Both the position numbers and the translations under genes were made by a program. From the NCBI GenBank assembly GCA_046757525.1, contig JBHHYI010000069.1, positions 1 to 21,490 of the forward strand: DNA of 21,490 bases, written 5' to 3'. This stretch comes from a bacterium. Lineage in GTDB: Bacteria > Zhuqueibacterota > Zhuqueibacteria > Oceanimicrobiales > Oceanimicrobiaceae. Numbering within the stretch: position 1 is the stretch's first letter; each line of letters opens with the position of its first letter. A model generated the notes under the pieces. It searched no databases and was not told the origin of the DNA. It worked only from the letters and a program-made list of their open reading frames with translations. Positions 18,178 to 21,490 of this stretch are shown here, piece by piece.

Positions 18178-18384
18178 TCTTGTGCACACCCAATTCTCCC
18201 TTTGAAGGGAGACAGATTATCGCTCATTCAGAGCGAAAATCAGAGGGATGTGAACCATGACTCGGGTTTTCAGGATGCCTCCTAAAATCCCCCTAATTTT
18301 TTCGCTGGACGCTTCAAAAACCGTCCCCCTTTCAAAAAGGGGGATTCTTTGCAAGCACCGTATAATCAAATAGTTGTGCCAAGA
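18178..18384. repeat. MITE/REP-like element with a pair of inverted CCC-TTT/AAA-GGG hairpin units
   Basis: Hairpins TCTCCCTT-tg-AAGGGAGA (18195-18212), 18215-18241, and TCCCCCTTT-caa-AAAGGGGGA (18324-18344). AGAGGGAT (18242) faces ATCCCCCT (18287). Imperfect terminal inverted repeats TCTTGTGCACA / TGTGCCAAGA. Confidence 0.5.
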
Positions 18385-18408
18385 GTCCAAACAAACGATC
18401 TTTGAACC

Positions 18409-18454
18409 CGGCTGCAAAAATCAATCCGGCAACTGCCGGATATTTTTGCAGCCG
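18409..18454. repeat. 21-bp stem-loop
   Basis: CGGCTGCAAAAAT-ca-ATCCGGCA-ac-TGCCGGAT-ATTTTTGCAGCCG is perfect apart from a 2-nt bulge. Confidence 0.8.
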
Positions 18455-18509
18455 AACGGCCTTGTAAAAACGTCCTGCGGACTGATTTTTAAGCGTCACC
18501 TAAACGTTG

Positions 18510-18543
18510 CCGACATTCAAAGCAATCCGGTTGCACCGGATTG
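18510..18543. repeat. 34-nt direct repeat copy 1 with internal hairpin
   Basis: CCGACATTCAAAGCAATCCGGTTGCACCGGATTG is 31/34 identical to 18833-18866. Confidence 0.85.
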
Positions 18544-18555
18544 TGACGCCTTTTA

Positions 18556-18686
18556 TCAAACGGTAACCTTCGCAAAGAAGATCGCCGTTTGAGGTCCCGA
18601 CGGTTTTGGGTCGGGACGTATCGAAGGGCGACGCCCATCACCCCTCGATACGGCCGCTTGAGAAGCAGCGACCTACTCGGGATGAC
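18556..18686. repeat. Run of adjacent hairpins including a CGTATCGA/TCGATACG...CTACTCGGGATGAC REP-like doublet
   Basis: Stems TCAAACGG/CCGTTTGA (18556-18592), GTCCCGAC/GTCGGGAC (18594-18617) and CGTATCGA/TCGATACG (18617-18652). Confidence 0.65.
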
Positions 18687-18733
18687 TCGCACATTGCTCT
18701 CTGGAAACGCCTCGCTGTCGCAGTCCTTTATTA

Positions 18734-18820
18734 CAGCCCCCCGTGTCATTCAGTAGGAATCTCGTTAACTGGCTGCCCATTGCTGGCCGGTAACAAGATG
18801 CCTCCTGCATGACAGGGCTG
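18734..18820. repeat. Long imperfect hairpin (TGTCAT...GGAATCT / AGATGCCT...ATGACA type)
   Basis: Nested pairings CAGCCC/GGGCTG, TGTCAT/ATGACA, AGGaATCT/AGATgCCT, GTTA/TAAC and ACTGGC/GCCGGT. Confidence 0.7.
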
Positions 18821-18832
18821 CCTTTGAGGTTT

Positions 18833-18866
18833 CCGACATTTAAAGCAATCCGGAGGCACCGGATTG
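18833..18866. repeat. 34-nt direct repeat copy 2 with internal hairpin
   Basis: CCGACATTTAAAGCAATCCGGAGGCACCGGATTG differs from copy 1 at three positions, two at the hairpin tip. Confidence 0.85.
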
Positions 18867-19002
18867 CATAGGCTCGCTGGAAACGCCCGGCAAGACGTTT
18901 CCAAGATTGAAAGCAACATTTTGGTTGTTGTGATGCCTTTTAGCGAAACAATGGACAAGCTATTAAATTTCTAAGGGGAGCAATCTGGTAACCTTGTTGT
19001 TG

Positions 19003-19031
19003 AATATAAGTTAACTAATTCTATAAAGCAA
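19003..19031 (-). promoter_or_regulatory. Putative sigma70-type promoter firing into the structured intergenic region
   Basis: Minus strand TTGCTT (19031-19026), 17-nt AT-rich spacer, TATATT (19008-19003). Confidence 0.5.
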
Positions 19032-19054
19032 GGAAAAAACTACGGCAGCCAGCG

Positions 19055-20017
19055 TCACTGCCATTTGCTGAGATTGACCTGATTGGGATCGTCGTCTTGT
19101 GGGAAGCCTCGCAGCGTCATGCGTAAATCGATATTGAATATTTTGAAGTCATGGGCCAGCAAATAATCGAACACGGCCAAGTAGTGCGTGGGCACTCGAA
19201 CGTAAAGGTTGGACAACGATTGGTTGCGCGCCCAGACCTCCAACCAGTTCAAGGTCACCCCCAGTTTCTCGAGGGCTCGATTGGGTGCCACCTGCAAAGC
19301 GATCACTTTCAGAAACTTCCGCGCTTCTTCGGTGGAATAGGGTTCGGTGTGCGCGAGAACAAAGGCGACGGTTTCTTGCTTCCGCAACAAGAGGCAGGCA
19401 TCGCCAAAACCGTACTGGCAAGTCTGTTCGATTTCGGTAGAATAGTCTAAACCCGGCTGCAGTTTATCGGCCATCTCTTGCAGGCGGGCTTTGAACGACT
19501 GTCTCTGGTTGGAATCCAGTCTCGAATAATAGAGCGCCTCATATTCCTGCCAGTAACCCTCTGGTCCAACTGCGGAGATCGGTTTGAACATATCTACCGT
19601 GAGAGGGCCAGGCAAAAAGCCAATCCGGGTGTAAAAAGCCAGATTTCTGTTGGAACGAGAGGAGGTTTCCAAACCGATGGTCTTTGCCCCCCTTTGCTCG
19701 AGGTAATCCATGCCGGCGGCGACGATCCGCTTGCCGTACCCTTTGCCCTCCTCAGCGGGAATGACGCTCAGCGGCCCAATCCAGCCCAGCAGGCCCCAGA
19801 GGTGGGAGAAACAGTAGGCAATGAGTTTACCGTTTTTTTCGATGACGAAACAGCCTTCAGGGTTGGCGGTCAAGTACATGCGCAGGTATTCTAAACGACA
19901 AAGCGGCACGCGGTTGGAAGTGAATCCTTCCTGAATGAAGGCATGGGTGAAGGCCTTGGAAAGAATCAGGTTCACTTTGCTCAAATCTGAATCTTGCATG
20001 CAACGCAGGTTGGTCAT
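19055..20017 (-). CDS. GNAT family N-acetyltransferase (N-terminal GNAT plus a second, degenerate GNAT-like domain)
   Basis: GWIGPLSVIPAEEGKGYGKRIV (acetyl-CoA motif A) and N..FY.RIGF; a length of 320 aa implies a second domain. Confidence 0.85.
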   Translation of the reverse strand: MTNLRCMQDSDLSKVNLILSKAFTHAFIQEGFTSNRVPLCRLEYLRMYLTANPEGCFVIEKNGKLIAYCFSHLWGLLGWIGPLSVIPAEEGKGYGKRIVAAGMDYLEQRGAKTIGLETSSRSNRNLAFYTRIGFLPGPLTVDMFKPISAVGPEGYWQEYEALYYSRLDSNQRQSFKARLQEMADKLQPGLDYSTEIEQTCQYGFGDACLLLRKQETVAFVLAHTEPYSTEEARKFLKVIALQVAPNRALEKLGVTLNWLEVWARNQSLSNLYVRVPTHYLAVFDYLLAHDFKIFNIDLRMTLRGFPQDDDPNQVNLSKWQ

Positions 20018-20190
20018 GAAACCCGACCTTTTTTTGCAGCGGTCCGCAGGGCCAGGCCACAGCGCAGGGTCTGCAAACCAAAGACAACCAGAAGCACGTA
20101 ATCTTTGCCGCCGAAAAAATAGACGTACAACAACCCGAGAACGGACGACACTAAAATGGGAATGGGATCTAAAGTTCTGTTGCGTGACAT
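20014..20190 (-). CDS. Small (58 aa) putative membrane protein
   Basis: AAGGAG 9 nt upstream of ATG 20190, two short hydrophobic segments, a basic tail, and a stop overlapping the GNAT start (ATGA). Confidence 0.55.
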   Translation of the reverse strand: MSRNRTLDPIPILVSSVLGLLYVYFFGGKDYVLLVVFGLQTLRCGLALRTAAKKGRVS

Positions 20191-20263
20191 CAATGGCATC
20201 TCCTTAGTTGAGCGGTCAAAAAACACGGAAATGTGGAATCATTCGCTCCAAGCTCAAAGTGTT

Positions 20264-21382
20264 TTAGTAAAATTCTTTGGCCAAATCGAGCAATATGGGA
20301 ATGGCCCGTTTGAGCTTTTCCTCATTGGCCGAAAAGGCGATTCGAAAATGGGTATTTTTCAGGGAAAAAACATTTCCTGGGATAATAAAAACCTTTCTTT
20401 CTATGGCCTTTTGTACAAATCTATCGGCATCTCCTCCGGGAGCTTCAGGAAATAAAAAAAAGGCTCCCTCGGGTTTAGCGATCTTAAAATGTCCTTTCAA
20501 ACTCTCGTACAAGAGATTCCTGCGGTTCTTGTAATCGTTGACGTGGGCGCTCAAGTCGTAGTCAATGGACCTGATGGCTGCCTTCTGTGCCACCGAGTTG
20601 GCGCACACGTAGGAGTATTGCTGGAACGTCGCCATGGCATCGATCAGTTGCTTGGGGCCGGAAACATAGCCCAGGCGCCAGCCAGTCATGCCAGCACTCT
20701 TGGAAAAGCCGCTGATGACCAGCGCGTCTTTGGCCACGTTGCCCAGGCTCACAAAAGACTCTGCGGTGTAAACAAATTTGTCATAGACCTCATCCGACAC
20801 GATGTACAGCCCGTGCTGGTCTGCAACTTCAGCAACCATCTTGAGCTGTTCAGGGCTGTACAGGATTCCCGTGGGATTGTTGGGATTGTTGATGATGATG
20901 GCTCTGGTTTTTTCGGATATCAAGGGTTCGATGGCTTCACGCCGCAAAGTAAAATCAGGGTAGGTGTCGATGTATTTGGGAACGCCGCCGCACATGATCA
21001 CCACATTGGCATAGGCCACGAAATAGGGGTCAGCGATGAGGACTTCGTCGCCTGGCCCGACCAGAGCCATCATGGCCAGGAAGTAGGCCCCGGTGGCCCC
21101 GGAGGTAACCAAGAGGTCCTCAAAATGGATTGCTTTTGCTCGTAAGTGGGCTGTGAGTTTCTCCCGCAATTCCGGAATTCCCCGCGTGGAGACGTAGCGA
21201 TTGAAACCATTTCTTAGCCAGTAAACGGCTTCGGCCTTGATGGGCGAGGGTACGTCGTAGTCCGGATCTCCAATGGACAGGTCGATGCCATCAGGATTGG
21301 CACAAGCGATGTCAAAAATCTTGCGAATACCGGAAGGTCGAATCTCAGATACGCGCTCCGACAGTTTTTTCTCTGTTGCCAA
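20264..21382 (-). CDS. PLP-dependent aminotransferase class I/II (aspartate aminotransferase-like)
   Basis: Motifs LSIGDPD, Y....GIPELR, NNPNNPTG, SDEVY, GFSKSAGMTGWRLG (PLP Lys), P.GAFF.F, IPG..F, HFRIAF. TTG start with AGGAG Shine-Dalgarno. Confidence 0.93.
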   Translation of the reverse strand: MATEKKLSERVSEIRPSGIRKIFDIACANPDGIDLSIGDPDYDVPSPIKAEAVYWLRNGFNRYVSTRGIPELREKLTAHLRAKAIHFEDLLVTSGATGAYFLAMMALVGPGDEVLIADPYFVAYANVVIMCGGVPKYIDTYPDFTLRREAIEPLISEKTRAIIINNPNNPTGILYSPEQLKMVAEVADQHGLYIVSDEVYDKFVYTAESFVSLGNVAKDALVISGFSKSAGMTGWRLGYVSGPKQLIDAMATFQQYSYVCANSVAQKAAIRSIDYDLSAHVNDYKNRRNLLYESLKGHFKIAKPEGAFFLFPEAPGGDADRFVQKAIERKVFIIPGNVFSLKNTHFRIAFSANEEKLKRAIPILLDLAKEFY

Positions 21383-21442
21383 AAGTGACTCCTATCTCCT
21401 GGTTTCTGAAGTTTTGAAATGATGATGGCAGGCTCGGTTTTT

Positions 21443-21471
21443 AAATTAACTAAATTGACCGAAATTTACAA
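21443..21471 (-). promoter_or_regulatory. Possible sigma70-type promoter for the aminotransferase operon
   Basis: Minus strand TTGTAA-17 nt-TAATTT about 60 nt upstream of the start codon. Confidence 0.3.
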
Positions 21472-21490
21472 GGAAATTCAGTCAAATTGG

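Noticed and set aside
18409..18454. Intrinsic terminator call for the 21-bp hairpin
   Set aside because: The A/T runs lie inside the stem rather than following it, and it is far from any stop codon; kept as a repeat only.
18510..18866. CRISPR interpretation of the 34-nt hairpin repeats
   Set aside because: Only two copies, 289 nt apart (far longer than a spacer), and no cas genes in the window.
18217..18958. Short ORFs in the structured intergenic region (18217-18417, 18374-18592, 18489-18749, 18606-18812, 18746-18958), two sharing an NPVxPDCFxCR peptide
   Set aside because: The shared peptide is just the translation of the DNA repeat; starts are weak and no protein-family features are visible.
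18092..19000. Lysine or other known riboswitch upstream of the DapA-family gene
   Set aside because: I could not find the conserved cores of lysine, glycine, SAM, TPP, cobalamin or T-box elements by eye; an Infernal scan is needed to exclude them fully.
20489..21145. 218-aa plus-strand ORF opposite the aminotransferase, and similar shadow ORFs (10092-10667, 15927-16391, 19478-19894)
   Set aside because: Antisense shadows of well-supported genes with no independent signal.

Overview
Bacterial genomic window in four parts. (1) 230-12135 (+): a Wzx/Wzy-dependent surface-polysaccharide operon. It encodes a chain-length/co-polymerase protein, one GT2, a flippase, a Wzy/O-antigen-ligase-family protein, four GT4s, a frameshifted SAM methyltransferase and a priming polyprenyl-phosphate sugar transferase, and runs without a gap into serS (12136-13404). 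The 5' part is visibly more AT-rich than the part after about 8390. (2) 13405-14480: a decayed accessory patch with a frameshifted small gene, a REP-like palindrome, and a DUF433 antitoxin whose PIN-type toxin partner is cut down to a stub. (3) 14484-16761 (+): a class II aldolase with a Cys-rich tail ending in a microcompartment-encapsulation-peptide-like helix, then an NhaC-family transporter. (4) 16805-21382 (-): PLP aminotransferase, small membrane protein, GNAT acetyltransferase, an about 900-nt non-coding region packed with hairpins and a 34-nt direct repeat downstream of a sigma70-like promoter, a non-canonical DapA-family (HOG-aldolase-like) enzyme and a STAS anti-anti-sigma factor. 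No rRNA, tRNA, CRISPR array or transposase was seen. All family calls come from motif recognition by eye; no database search was run.
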